A model generated the notes under the pieces. It was not told where the DNA came from, made no database searches, and worked only from the letters and a program-made list of their open reading frames with translations. Made by a program: the position numbers and the translations under genes. A stretch of DNA of 64,000 nt from Eledone cirrhosa (taxonomy: Eukaryota): positions 1,798,001 through 1,862,000 of the forward strand of contig OZ024753.1 in the NCBI GenBank assembly GCA_964016885.1, given 5' to 3'. Of this stretch, positions 12,860 through 26,290 are shown in pieces (position 1 is the stretch's first letter; the number at the start of each line of letters is the position of its first letter).

Positions 12860-13647
12860 CTGAAAAGAGTAAAGATAATGAAGTGAAGAATGAGGGCAGA
12901 AAGTAAGAAAAAACAAGACAAAGAAATGCAGTAAAATATTGAAATAACCAAAAATGATGATTTCACAGATATGTGTGATAAAAGAACTCGGAGAAACTAT
13001 ATTTATATTTTTAACTGTTGGTCAATCAATGATAAACATTGATTACCAGCTAAATTATTTATAGAAATATAAAGATATACTGACGCAAAAATGAAACCAA
13101 ACAGTAAGTGTATTTTACTATATTTTTCTGGCAATATTAGAACATGACTCTCCCCAAATATAACATAAAAATATTTTTTTTCTTTTAACTCTTACACTAA
13201 ATGTATCCCAGTTTTTAGAATAGGTACATTGTATCTCTGTGTTGTAGGAGGTGACTAAAGCGGTTGGCACCAGGAAGGGAATGTGGCTGTAAAATATTAT
13301 TTCAAATCATCCTGTCCAAACACATGCCAGCATCGAAAAAATGGTCTGAATGTCCTGTACCACATGAAACTGCATTAATAAGACATTCTTGAAAAGTACA
13401 ATCTAACAGCATCAAGTATTCTACCCAGAACATATCATTCATGAAACAGTAATAATAAGGGAACACAACTGGCACACATACTCAGCAATCTGGGTTCAAT
13501 TTCTGGTCAACATTTAGAAACCCCACCCCACCCACCCACCCACAATAAAAAGGGAAACAAAAATGAGAATGAAAGAAAAAAAGAGGAGAAAATGGAAGAA
13601 AGAAGAAAAGAAAGACAATAAAAATTTAGAAAAGGAAAAGTGCTTAC

Positions 13648-13893
13648 CTTATGTTTGACAGCTACACCATAGACACATGGCATACTCTCAAAGGACTGGT
13701 GAATCTGAACACCAGATACAGGTTCTGCAGGTGAATCATTGGATATATGGAAATACTCATTCCAGCAGCCACCTGCTCTATCTTCCTTCACACCACGACC
13801 ATTTTTAAAGGTAAACATAATGCTAATGTCCAGATCTTCATCCCCAAGATTCTCAGCTGTCCATATAAACACTGCACAGGGAAGACTAGTATC
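13648..13893 (-). CDS. GBA2: GBA2 exon 5
   Basis: DTSLPCAVFIWTAEN...ISIMFTFKNG...WNEYF...AVKHK; AG/GT flanked. Confidence 0.95.
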
Positions 13894-14777
13894 CTACATG
13901 TGTAGAAGTCAAGTGAATTGTGTTACCATAATTAAAATGAAAGACATTGACTATGACTTTTGAATAATTAAAAAAAATAATCAAGAATTTAGTAGTATAA
14001 CTAACATTCTGATTATTAAGCAGCAAGAAAGACCAGGATAGAGGTGGTGAGAGCTGATCTCAAATTGCTGAGACTCACAGAGGAGACGATGAAGAAATGT
14101 GGTGAGTGGAGAGATGCTGTGCTGAAAAGGACCCATCCAACCTATGCAAGTGTGGAAAAACGGATGTAAAAATGATGATGATGATGATGATGAAGGTCTT
14201 CAGTTCTCTGCACTTAAAGGAAACAAAATAATATGATGTTGGCTGAAATGCTTTTGATCATAGACCAAGTTAATGAAGGCCGGTCTGAGTCTAAACAACA
14301 ACAATAACAATACAAAATCTTTAGATAGTGCATCATTGGCTCAATGGGTTACAGTAAACAGGCTAATATAAACGATATTATAAAGACCTTGCCAAATTGA
14401 AATAAGAGTTTTGTAATATGATTTACAATAAAAAGACTTGCAAGTTCAATCTGAACATTAGATGATACTATAAAATAGCCTTAGATACACTGCCTGTAAA
14501 AGCAAAAAATGAAGGAAAGGCCACAAGTCTATTGATTAAGGTTGCCCTTGGGTTAAAATACTTCATTTCATGTTGCTGCAGTATACTCAGCTGAAAATGA
14601 GTACCAGTAATACTTAGTGTTAACTCTGCGTTGGACTGGCGTCATATCCATAGTTGAGTCTTGTACTCTGAATTACTCCTTGCCACAAAACCGGGATAAA
14701 TACTGGCCTAATGAACCTTCTGGCTTGATACAGACTTTAGACTTTTGGGTTAAATAACAACAGTAACTACAACTTAC

Positions 14778-15002
14778 TTGATATTCATGGGGATAGATTG
14801 GTGAAACTTGGCGGCATGTCAGCCGAACATTATGTTCAGGAATATTATATACTGTCCAAGAGTGAGGATAAAGGGCATGGTATGTTGCATGGTCTGCATC
14901 CAGGTTCCATTTCCAGGAATTTAAACTTTTATTTTCAGGTTTCTTCACAGACATTACTTGTTGAAATACAGTCTTATTTTTCTTTTGAATGCAGACAACG
15001 AA
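14778..15002 (-). CDS. GBA2: GBA2 exon 4
   Basis: FVVCIQK...YHALYPHSWTVY...LTCRQVSPIYPHEYQ; AG/GT flanked, phase 0. Confidence 0.96.
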
Positions 15003-15142
15003 CTGTAACATAAGGAATAAAGAAATGGAAGTTGCAATGGTGTGTGTATGTGTGTGTGTACAGAGTCGTGAAGGTAGATCAGAAGATCCCATAATAGGGT
15101 GTAAGCAGAAATTATTTGCTTAAACTTTAATCAGTACTACTA

Positions 15143-15196
<54 letters not shown>

Positions 15197-15201
15197 TTTT
15201 T

Positions 15202-15242
<41 letters not shown>

Positions 15243-15833
15243 TATATCCAAAATTTAAATTAAATTAAGGGTGTCATATCAGAGAGACATTCGCCATTCC
15301 CACTGTAAAATATGCTCCAAGATTCCAATGAATAGATCCGAGCATTTTATATCAACTAGAAATTGATTGACATATATATATATCTAAAATAAACATATGA
15401 AACAATCACAGGGGATAATCTGTAAAAGTGTGTAAGCACACACAGCTATGTGGGTAACTAATTAAAGTTTAACTAGAACTTCAAAAATAGATACCTTATA
15501 AATTGATTAATCTTCTTTGTATATATTTCATTAAAGAAATATATTTCACCAATTAATCGATTGGTAAACAACAGTAGCCAAATCCTGGATTTTCAACAAG
15601 GAAGAAGACTTAACTATCTGTGTTTACACATCAAATTCAAATCTGTGACTAACTATTATCACGTGTTGGCTACTGTCGTTTGTCAATCAATTTCTAGTTG
15701 ATATAAAATGCTCGGATCTATTCATTGGAATATTCAGTGGATATGGCGCATGTCTCTCTGACATGACACCCTTAATTTAATTTAAATTTTGGATATATAT
15801 ATATATATGTATATATATGTAAAAATATATGTG

Positions 15834-15896
<63 letters not shown>

Positions 15897-16209
15897 CATC
15901 ATTTTACGTCCATTTTTCCCTGCTTGCAAGGGTGGAACGGCAACTGATTCTGGCTTGATTTCTACAGTTGGATGCCCTTCCTAACACCAACCTCATTTAC
16001 AGTGAGTGCTGGGTGCTTTTTTTCCGTGGCACCTCCACGACCACTTTGCAGTGGAATGATAGGACTCCAGTCCTATCATCTCATTTCTACAGCTGAGTAA
16101 ACTGGAGCAATGTGAAATAAAGTGTCTTGCTCAAGGAAACAACACATCACCCAGTCTGAGAATTGAACTCACAACCTTTCGATTGCAAGGCCAATGCTCT
16201 AACCACTAA
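15897..16209 (-). mobile_element. tRNA-derived SINE (same family as 2066-2404)
   Basis: Reverse-complement match to 2066-2404. Confidence 0.9.
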
Positions 16210-16211
16210 TA

Positions 16212-16245
<34 letters not shown>

Positions 16246-17219
16246 GTAATAATAATAAATTTGAAGACTAAAATCCAAAGAGGGCTCGATAATTCTTTGC
16301 TTAAACTCCATTGTGCCTGATATTGTGGCAGGTGCTGTGAATTATAGATAAAATAAACAGCTTCAGGATTGTTAGCCAACTAATTACCACCTGATATTAT
16401 TAACAAATAATTCACGTCATGCATGAAATCTGGCAGCTTGTATATTCAGTGAGTGTTTTAATTTTTTTTGGAGGGGAAAGGGGGTTAGTTTATTTAAACA
16501 TTTTAGATATTTTATTATGATCTTGTCGTTGGTGTTTTTTGTTATGTAATGCAATTTTAGACTGAGTGGTTTCATAAATTTTAATTAGCTGTATTTTGTT
16601 TTACTCTAGCTTTTAAAATCAGTTAAGGTGTGATAATTATTTTTTAAAGCCAGAATATTATTTTAAAATGTAGCAAATTAGCAAAGCAGTGGGTGAAATA
16701 CATTGCAATATTTGATCTGGTTGTTTGCATTCAGAATTCAAATTAGAGATTCATAAACATAATACCAGTCCATGATGATGATGATGATGATGATGATGGA
16801 ATAATGAAATAGTAGAGCATTAGACAAGACATTGTGGTGTTTGTTCCAGCTCTGTGGTATTCTGAGTTCAAATCCTGCCTCTAGTCACCAGATAAACAGT
16901 GACATGGTAAAACTGAGGCATGTAGCATGAAAATATACAAGAAACCTATGAAATACAACCTCATGAGACCAGTTAAACCTATGATGGAATTGACCTCCTT
17001 TGGATTTTATGAGTGTTCTAGTTATTCAATTAATAGAAAAACTTGTGCATGAAATTAACATACAAGTGGCTGAGCATTCCACAAACATGTGGAGGTATCA
17101 GTGTTTGGGACACTGTGAAAAATTAGCTATGATATACAAATAATTGACTATTCAACTAATAGGCTAGCCCAAGTCAGGCACAATTTCAAGTTAAAGGACT
17201 CAAACACAACATTAATTAA

Positions 17220-17415
17220 CCCTTTAGCATTTAAACCAGCCATATCCGCCCAGATTTCTCTCACCTCCTTCTGTTCAAACCAGCCATAACCGGCTGTTCA
17301 TACTTATGATAAGGTAAATAAATAATATCAAAATCTCATAGATTCAATATTATGTGAGATAGTGTTTACCATGGAAATACAATAGTAAATATAGAGTAAT
17401 GTAAATGCTAAAGGG
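17220..17415. mobile_element. piggyBac-like MITE
   Basis: TTAA-CCCTTTAGCATTTA...TAAATGCTAAAGGG-TTAA. Confidence 0.85.
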
Positions 17416-17932
17416 TTAATCTGCTTTATCTAAGTGGAAAGAGAAAAAATATACATGCATATAGATAGTTAAAAAATTAAAATTATTCAATGATTAGCAG
17501 ATAACAGACACAAAATAATAATAGAAGAAAAGAATTAAAATAAAATAAAATGTATTTTATTTAAACAATCTTTCAAAGTCTATTACAGTATTATAAAAAC
17601 AAAAGAAGACTGAAGAGTGGTAGGGATTAACTTATATGTTAACTAGCAACTGTATTTAACCTTGTCTGGGTTTATTGATATCTCAAATGAAATTAGGTGT
17701 AGATGAATGGTGTGAGGTAGCTGTACAAGCTATGTACAATAGTGCTGCTATTAGTAAAGTTAGGGTTGGTAATTAGGTCAGTAAGGAATTTAATCGATAA
17801 ATAACTGCATGGGCATGTGCAAGAGGTGTGGTAATGAAAGCTGAGCATTAAATACTAAAGATTTATGGACCAGAAGAGAAATGAAGTGAACAGTGTATGT
17901 TGAATATGTAAAGTTAATATGCATGAAATGTG

Positions 17933-18270
17933 CATGGCTTAGTGGTTAGAGTGTTGGGCTTACAATCATCAGGTTCTGAGTTTGATTCCCGGACCGAGCG
18001 GTCTGTTGTGTCCTTGAGTAAGACACTTTATTTCACATTACTCCAGTTCACTCAGCTGTAGAAATGAGTTGCGACATCATAGGTGTCGAGCTGTATCAGT
18101 CATTGTCTTTCACTTGCACAACATTGCTAGTATATAATGGGGAGACTGACATGCCCAAACTTTCTGCCTTGCAAGGAAAACTTTTGGTACAAAACCCATG
18201 GTTTTTCATGACCGAAGGGGATTCTAACATGCATGAATGGCAAAGGATAAAGGCTGAGCAGTGTGTATAA
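17933..18270 (+). mobile_element. tRNA-derived SINE (same head, different 3' body)
   Basis: TGGCTTAGTGGTTAGA...GAGTTTGATTCC...GTCCTTGAGTAAGACACTTTATTTCAC. Confidence 0.8.
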
Positions 18271-18402
18271 GAAACAACTGCAGTGATATGGACATGCAGG
18301 GTATCCAGTTGAGAATAGGTGCACCGTATTTACCCCTATTCTAAGAAGTGACTAAAAAGGTTAGTGTCAGGAATGGCATCTGTCTGTAAAACATTGTCTT
18401 AA

Positions 18403-18608
18403 CCCTTTAGTATTTACATTACTCTATATTTACTATTATATTTTTACGGTAAAGGCTTTACCTCACATAATATTGAATTTATGAGATTTGATATTATTTA
18501 TTTTGAGAACAATACTTAACATCAATATAAGAGGCTGGTTACAGCCGGTTTCAACAGAAAAAGGTAAGATAATTCTGGCCAGATATGGCTGGTTTAAATG
18601 CTAAAGGG
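18403..18608. mobile_element. piggyBac-like MITE, same family, opposite orientation
   Basis: TTAA TSD, CCCTTTAG/CTAAAGGG TIRs; interior is the reverse complement of 17220-17415. Confidence 0.85.
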
Positions 18609-18897
18609 TTAAAAGATGATAATGATGAATGCAATGAGTGTTCAGTGAAAGTGCCATGTATTATATAGGTGTAAAATAACCATAGAAGCAGATGGTATGA
18701 GATTGTGACACAGAAAAGAACATGAAAGTTCAAATTAAGTGGTGATATGTAGCCTGGTAGAGCCATTTTACCTATGGTAACATGAAAAAATGAACTATAG
18801 AAATCAACAAAATACTTGTAGTCTTCAGGATCAAATATATGTGATGTGTGGAAGTAAAAGAATGAAACAAGCAATGTGTAATTATTGTAATAAATAC

Positions 18898-19013
18898 CTG
18901 ATCAGCAAATACTGTTGTGTGATCATAACATCCTGGTACAAGCTGAAATCGGCAGAACTCTCCTTGGTAGCCCCTACCTATTGTGCCACAACCAATACCA
19001 CCAATAGGAGCAC
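18898..19013 (-). CDS. GBA2: GBA2 exon 3
   Basis: [39 protein letters not shown], the GH116 N-terminal PxGGIG motif; AG/GT flanked. Confidence 0.97.
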
Positions 19014-19034
19014 CTGAAATGTAAAAAGCACAGT

Positions 19035-20130
19035 AAAGGGTTTTTTGAAAGAACTATTTCAATAAACATGGGAGTACTGCCAAGAGGTGTATTCTTGCTT
19101 TTTAGACCTTGAAAAAGCATACAACTGCATTCCACAGGACATGCAGTGGCAGGTTCTGTAGGAGTATGGGATTGATGGACAGCTTCATGTTACCTTGATG
19201 TCTCTATACAAATAGTATTTGTGTTCAGATAAATAATGCTAAATCAAAACCATTCAATGTGGGTGTCAGACTCCGCCAAGGGTTTGTGTGTACTCTCACC
19301 TCTCTTGTTCATAATCTGCATGAACTGGAGTGACATGCACAATTTGCAGGTGTAAGATCTGTCAGCTGGAATTTGCTGATGACATGATATTACTCCGACA
19401 TGCACTTGATAGGTTTGATGTTGAGTGTTACACAGCTGGAATGAACATCAGTGCTGTGAAGTCTGAGATGCTCGTCCTCCCAAGGAAGCCTATGCAGTGC
19501 ACTTTACATGTGAGTGGAGTTCAAGTGAAGCAGGTGAAGAAATTCAAGTATCTCAGGGCTGTGTTCACAACTGATGGAAGGCAGGAGGCTGAATTAAGTG
19601 CATGAATTGCAGGAGCTGGTGCAATAATGTGCCAGCTTCAGCAATAGGTAATCAGAAGGGAGGTAGGTGTAAAAACCAAATTTGCTATCTTCAATTTGGT
19701 ATTCGTGCCAACCCTTACCTAAGGTCATAAATCTTGAGTAATAACCAAAACAATATGATCGCAAATACAAGCAACTGAAGGGTCTTTGGAGTAACGTTAC
19801 TCGATAGAGTGCATAGCACAAAGATCAGAGAGTCGCTCAAGGTAGAAAAGCTACTTCTCTGAACTGAGAGAACACAGCTCCGATACTATGGGCATTTGGT
19901 GAAAATGTCTCAAGAAAGAATTACTGGACAGATTTTATGGACAAAACCAACTGGCAGGAGACCCAGGGGTAGACCACAAGTAAGATGGTTGTATAACATC
20001 CATGAGCTTGCTGGCCTCACTTAGGGATCCAGCTGGATTAGATGGAAACAGCTACTTCTGACAGGACCCGCTGGAAGCAGTGTTTAACCCTCTCAGGAAT
20101 AAGTTGGCAAGGAAGAAGAGGAAAAGAACC
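19035..20130 (+). mobile_element. 5'-truncated, degraded RTE-clade LINE in GBA2 intron 2 (antisense to the gene)
   Basis: RT motifs FLDLEKAY, GLRQG-like, FADDM and KFKYL, plus a C-terminal RPRGRP motif; many stops. Confidence 0.88.
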
Positions 20131-20726
20131 ATTTCAATAAATAGAATTAATGTGCCAAGTAGGTAAGGGAAGTAACTTCAAGATTTTCTGGATAATAGCC
20201 TTTGTCAATGGAAATACAATATATGCCATTGTTTAATTGGTACTGTGACAAATAGTCTACTACATTCATAAAAATACTAAATATTCATAAAAACAAACAT
20301 TCAGTAAAAACAAACATGAGATTAATTGATAATCATAAAAAGGCACTGAACTTAGTTGATATTGGCATCAGTTCATACTTGAGAAAGAAACAATGATGAT
20401 TATGATGAAGATATTAAGGCTTAAGATGAAGATGATGAGGATGGTGATGATGAAGATGATGTTGATGATTAATAAAGAGTCATATAGTATAAAATGCAGC
20501 TTTCAACAGATATTACAAAAAAGGCTGACTCTTTTGATATGAAATCACCTGACACTGCTCCAGAATTTTTATACATCTGGACAGATCGATGTGAACATTT
20601 ACAGTAAACTAAAGACTAGTTTCTAATATGACACTGTCCTAGAGCCATTTTGTACAAGATGTTATGAGTTAATATATCAATATCTTTCAAACATCAGTTT
20701 TTATAGCAACTTGCTAGAATGCTTAA

Positions 20727-20876
20727 CCCTTTAGCATTCAAACTAATGTTAAACTCATACTAATGTTAAGGTATTGTTCTCAAAATAAATAATATCAACA
20801 TGAGATAATTATATAAGATAAAGCCTTTACCACAAAAATTCAATACTAAATATATAGTAATGCAAATGCTAAAGGG
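20727..20876. mobile_element. piggyBac-like MITE, internally deleted
   Basis: TTAA TSD and the same TIRs. Confidence 0.82.
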
Positions 20877-20946
20877 TTAATACTAGCTTTCTTCTCTCAT
20901 TAACAAAACTCACAGTAAAACAGAAGAACAAAAATAGCAAACTCAC

Positions 20947-21035
20947 CATATATTGGTTGGTAAGTGAGAGCATTCATATGGTCTATGAATGGTCTTTTAC
21001 CTTCTTTGTGCTTTCTCATCCACAGTTTGCAATAT
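20947..21035 (-). CDS. GBA2: GBA2 exon 2
   Basis: AG/GT flanked; (R)YCKLWMRKHKEGKRPFIDHMNALTYQPIY(G), similar to human RYLQWWYRK...PFIDM...QIYG. Confidence 0.93.
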
Positions 21036-21532
21036 CTATATGAAAAATAAAATTTAAAAAAACACTAGATTTTTTTTAATTATTCTTTTTTTGTTGTTGT
21101 CCCAATAGTTTTTTTGGGTGGCAACTCATACATATATATATATATATATAGGAACGAGTAGGACCCCGACGGCTAATTCTGGACTAAAATTTTAGTCCAG
21201 AATTAGCCGTCGAAACGGCTTGAGCTCAGCCGTCGGGGTCCTACTCGTTCCTATTACCCACTCTACTACCCTAAGTATTGAGTACTTTGGTGTGTTATGG
21301 TCCACCTGGTTCCTTACCACATTTCCTTCGTTATATATATATATATATACATACACACACACACACATATATATATATTTACATACATATATATTTACAT
21401 ACTTATATATATACATACATATATATATACATACATATATATATATATATATACACATATATATATATATACATACATATATATATATATACACACATAT
21501 ATATATATACATACATATATATATATATACAT

Positions 21533-22180
21533 GGTGGCTGCCAACTCGTTTTCGAGTACGGCCACTACTTTATATCCATGTAGGAGAACCCCTACCGATG
21601 CGCTGAACGACTGTGACTTTTTAGTCCAGCCAGCGACTTGAAAACTCTGGTACAAACACTACACTTGTGACAATTATTGACACATAGTGCTGGGCCCATG
21701 GTACCATGTGACGATAAGTGCAGAGAGATCTCCAGATATAAAGCAATGCCTGTGCTGTGAAGCTTTTATAGTGAGCAAAGGCACTGCACAAAGCCAGTCC
21801 CACTCTCTTAACCAAGATGATATTTACCAAAAAGAAGAACAAGTCAACATCATTGGATACCATCAGAGTTGCAGGTGTTATATCAGAGTTTTCCTTCTCC
21901 TAGAATTCTGCCTTGACAAAGGCTAAGGGGTCATCTCTCCCGGTGATTTTGGATGGCCATTGACTCTTAAGAGCTCCTTTGCCCTTTGACAGGTTTTGTT
22001 TTTAGTCCTGCAGGATGTCCAAAGTCACCCTCCTCACCAAGAAACCTTGGTGGGGTTGCCAGTTTAGTCGCCAACGACCCGACCATGAGACAGGTTGTAC
22101 TGGAATACATGTTACCAGTAGCACCAACTGGTGACCTGACATATACATATACACACATATATACATGATTACGTATATAT

Positions 22181-22243
<63 letters not shown>

Positions 22244-22264
22244 TAGATATATATACATGATAAC

Positions 22265-22313
<49 letters not shown>

Positions 22314-22549
22314 CATATATGGTGGCTGCCAACTCGTTTTCGAGTACGGCCACTACTTTATATCCATATAGGAGAACCCCTACCGATGCGCCGAACGGGT
22401 GTGACTTTTTAGTCCAGCCAGCGACTTGAAAACTCTGGAACAAACACTACACCTGTGACAATTATTGACACATAGTGCTGGGCCCATGGTACCATGTGAC
22501 GACAAGTGCAGAGAGATCTGCAGATATAAAGCAATGCCTGTGCCGTGAA
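21533..22549. repeat. Two near-identical ~230-bp direct repeats (21533-21761, 22321-22549), probably retroelement-derived
   Basis: GGTGGCTGCCAACTCGTTTTCGAGTACGG... occurs twice; the second abuts a minus-strand RT fragment IQERFLEKNKPLYLGFVDL. Confidence 0.8.
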
Positions 22550-22620
22550 GCTAGGTCAACAAAGCCTAAGTATAGTGGCTTATTTTTCTCTAAGAACCTC
22601 TCTTGTATACGTACATATAA

Positions 22621-22661
<41 letters not shown>

Positions 22662-23105
22662 TATATATATACACACACATACATACACACATATATACAC
22701 ACACAGACATACACACACATATATATATGTACACACACACAATGTGATCTATGATACGGTGGCGATTGAAAATACATACATATATAGATCGAACCCACAC
22801 CCTTTATTTATACAATAATTATGCTAGACCGATTACACCAACACTATCCTGAAAATAAGAGGTGTGGCTTCGATTTTTTGTTCCGTTGTGGGGTTCATAT
22901 GCCCTAATATTAGACTATATTTTCTATATCTATTTTTAATATATATATATATATATGAAAATGTTTAACCCCGACGGCAGAGCTCAAGCCGTTTCGACGG
23001 CTCTGCCGTCGGGGTTAAACATTTTCCTATTACCCACTCTACTACCCTAAGTATTGAGTACTCTCGTGTGTTATGGTCCATCTGGTTCCTTACCACACCT
23101 CCTTC

Positions 23106-23164
<59 letters not shown>

Positions 23165-23299
23165 CAAGTAAGTATGTTTTGAAACAGTGAGCAAGTTTGA
23201 AATTAGAAATAGAAGCTTTCACCGTATTTTTGACTAAAGAAATTTTAGCCTGACAGTAGGGTTTAGAACCCTCAGAGAAATGGAAAAAGGTGAGTATTG

Positions 23300-24560
23300 A
23301 CGTACATGGGAGTCGAACCCACATCTTTGGTTATCCAACAGTGTGTGTTAGTTTGTGCGAGCAGCACAGGATAGTTTTTACTAGCGAGAACTTCCGTGTT
23401 ACGTTGACGTTAGAACTCGAAATAAGGAAACAAAAATAATTTGTCGGCTTCGGTCTCTTTCCTCGGCATGTGTAAATAAATACACGAACAAAGCTTCCGA
23501 AATTAAACCGGTGAATGCGACGAGATTATATTCAGTGTTTGATATTACTCGGAATTTCACTAGACCTGATCGTTTTAAACTGCGGTAAATCGATACAGCA
23601 ATAAATAAGTAAATAAATAATAAATAAATAAATAAAACGGGTGAATTTCTTACCTAATTCCTAATCCAATGTAACTAGGTATTTGTTTGATGCGGGGAGT
23701 AAAGAAGGCTTTACATTTCATCTGACAGGTATAACTGAGAGGTACCCTCCACCCGAAATCTGGTACTCCTGGAATCTGTTCAGTAGGTATTGTAAATCCA
23801 GGTGCTAGCATGTCTTTTGATGATTTCGAATTAAGACAAACAAATGCATTATTTGATGAATTAGCTGTTGGTTTAACATCGGCCATTTCGTTAAATTTAC
23901 ACTGAACTTGGCAATTTCTTTAGTTGTTACTATATATATATATATATATAGTTAGGTAAGTACTATTTTTCTCCCATCACTTCCATAACTACCATTGGGA
24001 GAATCATCGTTCAAAGAGAAGTGAAAGGAAAACAATACTTTAAGATAAAAAAAATAGTCATTTAGAGTTACTTCCCTTAACAATTAGCTCTCTTCATATA
24101 TTTCTTGTTTAGTGAAATGTATGTTATCACCTGTTGTTTCTTATTTATACTAGCAAACATACGAATGACGGTGAATTCGGACAAGCTATTTATTATTATA
24201 AATAGGTAGGCTCAGGAAAATCGATCTTGTGATATAGTTTCGACATTTGGTCTAATCCCACTGTGCGACACCTTGCGCAAATATATTCTACCATTTACTG
24301 TTGACGACTCAAGTCTTGTGAACGATATAAGACGCAAGATGTTTACTTTGTCATTTTCTTTTTCTTTTTTTCAGAGCAGATTTATGATTTATTTGTTTAT
24401 TGCAAACGAAAAAGAAAAAGAGGGAAAAGAAAAAAAAAATTAAGTAACGAAAGAAAGAGAATGGAACGACAGACTCTTTACTCCAGTCTGAGTGGTATGG
24501 TTCAGCCGCACACCGCGGACAAAATAGCGAAAGCATTGCCGCAGAGACTGGTCAGCGATA
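23300..24560. promoter_or_regulatory. Probable GBA2 promoter/first-exon region
   Basis: Visibly more CpG than the surrounding sequence on both sides of the start codon exon; TSS not determinable. Confidence 0.45.
23654..23886 (-). CDS. GBA2: GBA2 coding exon 1 (start codon)
   Basis: MADVKP...VPDFGWRVPLSYTC...PSYIGLGIR matches the GBA2 N-terminal block; GTAA donor at 23653; phase 2 joins exon 2. Confidence 0.9.
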
Positions 24561-24619
24561 CCCGCTGCAACAGCCACTCAATATCACTGGGCTTCTTCCC
24601 CAGGTGGCGTCTTTCCTTT

Positions 24620-26290
24620 CTACGTACTAGGCCTTTAATCTTTGCCAAGTTGGCATTAAGACCGTTGATTCTAAGCCATGCTTCCAGGTTGTGAATTTCA
24701 GCTATAAGGGTTAGGTCATCTGCATACAGAGTTCTCATGGGCAACCAGTCTTAGACTCCTCCGTTATAGCCTGCAGGATAATAATAAACAGGAGTCCTGG
24801 TGGACACCAACCTGCACACTAAATTCTTCACTATAGTCATTGTTAATTTTGACCTTGCTGACATTCATACATGGCTTGTACTGTCCTCACAAGCCACTTG
24901 TCTTCTCTTTGTTTTCTAAGAGCCTACCAGATAATGGAACGGGGGACTCTGTCAAAAGCTTTCTCCAGGTCCACAAAAGCCAAGTAAAGGCATTTACCTT
25001 TAGCTAGGTACTTCTTTTTATAAGGAAGATGGCAATTTGTACCAAGTACAAATTTAAACCGAATCTCATGTAGGTTAACTCATTCTCTAATCAGCAGTGC
25101 TATAACTCTTTCTGTGACCTTCATAATCTGGTCAACCAACTTAATGCCTCTATTATTTTCTGTCTAGAGCATTACTTTTACTCTTGTAGCAGTTGACAAT
25201 GATGATGCTATGCCAGTTATTGAGTATGACATAATTTTGTATTACTTAGTTCACAATGCAGGAGTCTATGGTATTCTCATTCAGTAATCTTTCATAGTGG
25301 CACTTCCATGCTATCTTCTTTTCAGCATCAGTGAGAGCAAGTTCGCCATAGTCATTTCAAACACACTTCTCTCCACTAACATCACAGTTTTCCCTGACAC
25401 ACTGTCTTGTGATCCTGAACACTCCATGCTTTTGATCCTCTTTGATCCTCACGCTGCAAAACATGCTTAAATTGTTTGTTTTCTGCTTCCTTTCTTGCAA
25501 GATATACTTGTCACCTATCTTCTCTCCTAGAATTCTGGTAGACTTCTCAACTACCCCCGTTTGGCCATTCCTTCCAAGCCTGTCCTTTGGCCTTAATTAC
25601 CTCATCTACCTTACTATTCCACCACCAAGTCACTCTCCATATCCCTAGAGACTTACTCCAATCACAGATTTCATTTGTTGCCTTCAGTTGGTTATCTTGC
25701 AGTAACTCCCACCGCTTCTCTATATTGTATGTCTCTATTTGCTTTTCCTTACTGTCAAAGGCGTTAATCAACTTCTAAATTTGTTACTGGTTGATGGGTC
25801 TTTTAACTTCCATATTCTTCTCTTCCAGGTTGTCCCCTGTTATCAGATTCTTTTAACCCTGACTATAAGGTCGCTAACTTACTAAGTTATGTTGGCAGGT
25901 GAGGGACTGTGTGTTCACAACAGTCACTCTGTAATCTTGGTCTCTCTGATCTATGGTTGCCTCATTTTTTGAAGTTCATGTTACATATATACGACAGAAT
26001 TCCAGGAGTCTGAAACCGTCCTTGTTTCTAGCACCGAACTCGTAACTCCCATGGATCCCATCAAAACCTTTGCAGTGTTATTCAACAAACCCATTAAAGT
26101 CACCTGCAACGAATATCAGGTCACTGTTGTTTATTTGGGTGGTATTGAGCTTTAGGGACTCATAGAAGCTGTCTTTTAGTACTTCTGGCAGTCCTGGTTG
26201 AGGTGCATATGCAGATATAATTGTCATGGTTGCTCTAATTCATACAAATCTAAGTGTAATCATTCTGTCATTTACTCTATTTACAGCATT
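24620..26290 (-). mobile_element. Degraded RTE-clade LINE (AP endonuclease + RT) just upstream of GBA2
   Basis: ISAYAPQPGL and LIFVAGDFNG (endonuclease); TWWWNSKVDEVI; LAFVDLEKAFDRVP; LYADDL. Confidence 0.9.

Noticed and set aside
22070-22140. Possible HDV-like ribozyme on the minus strand (CCAGT...GACTAAACTGG)
   Set aside because: I could not build a convincing P1/P3/P1.1 pseudoknot by eye
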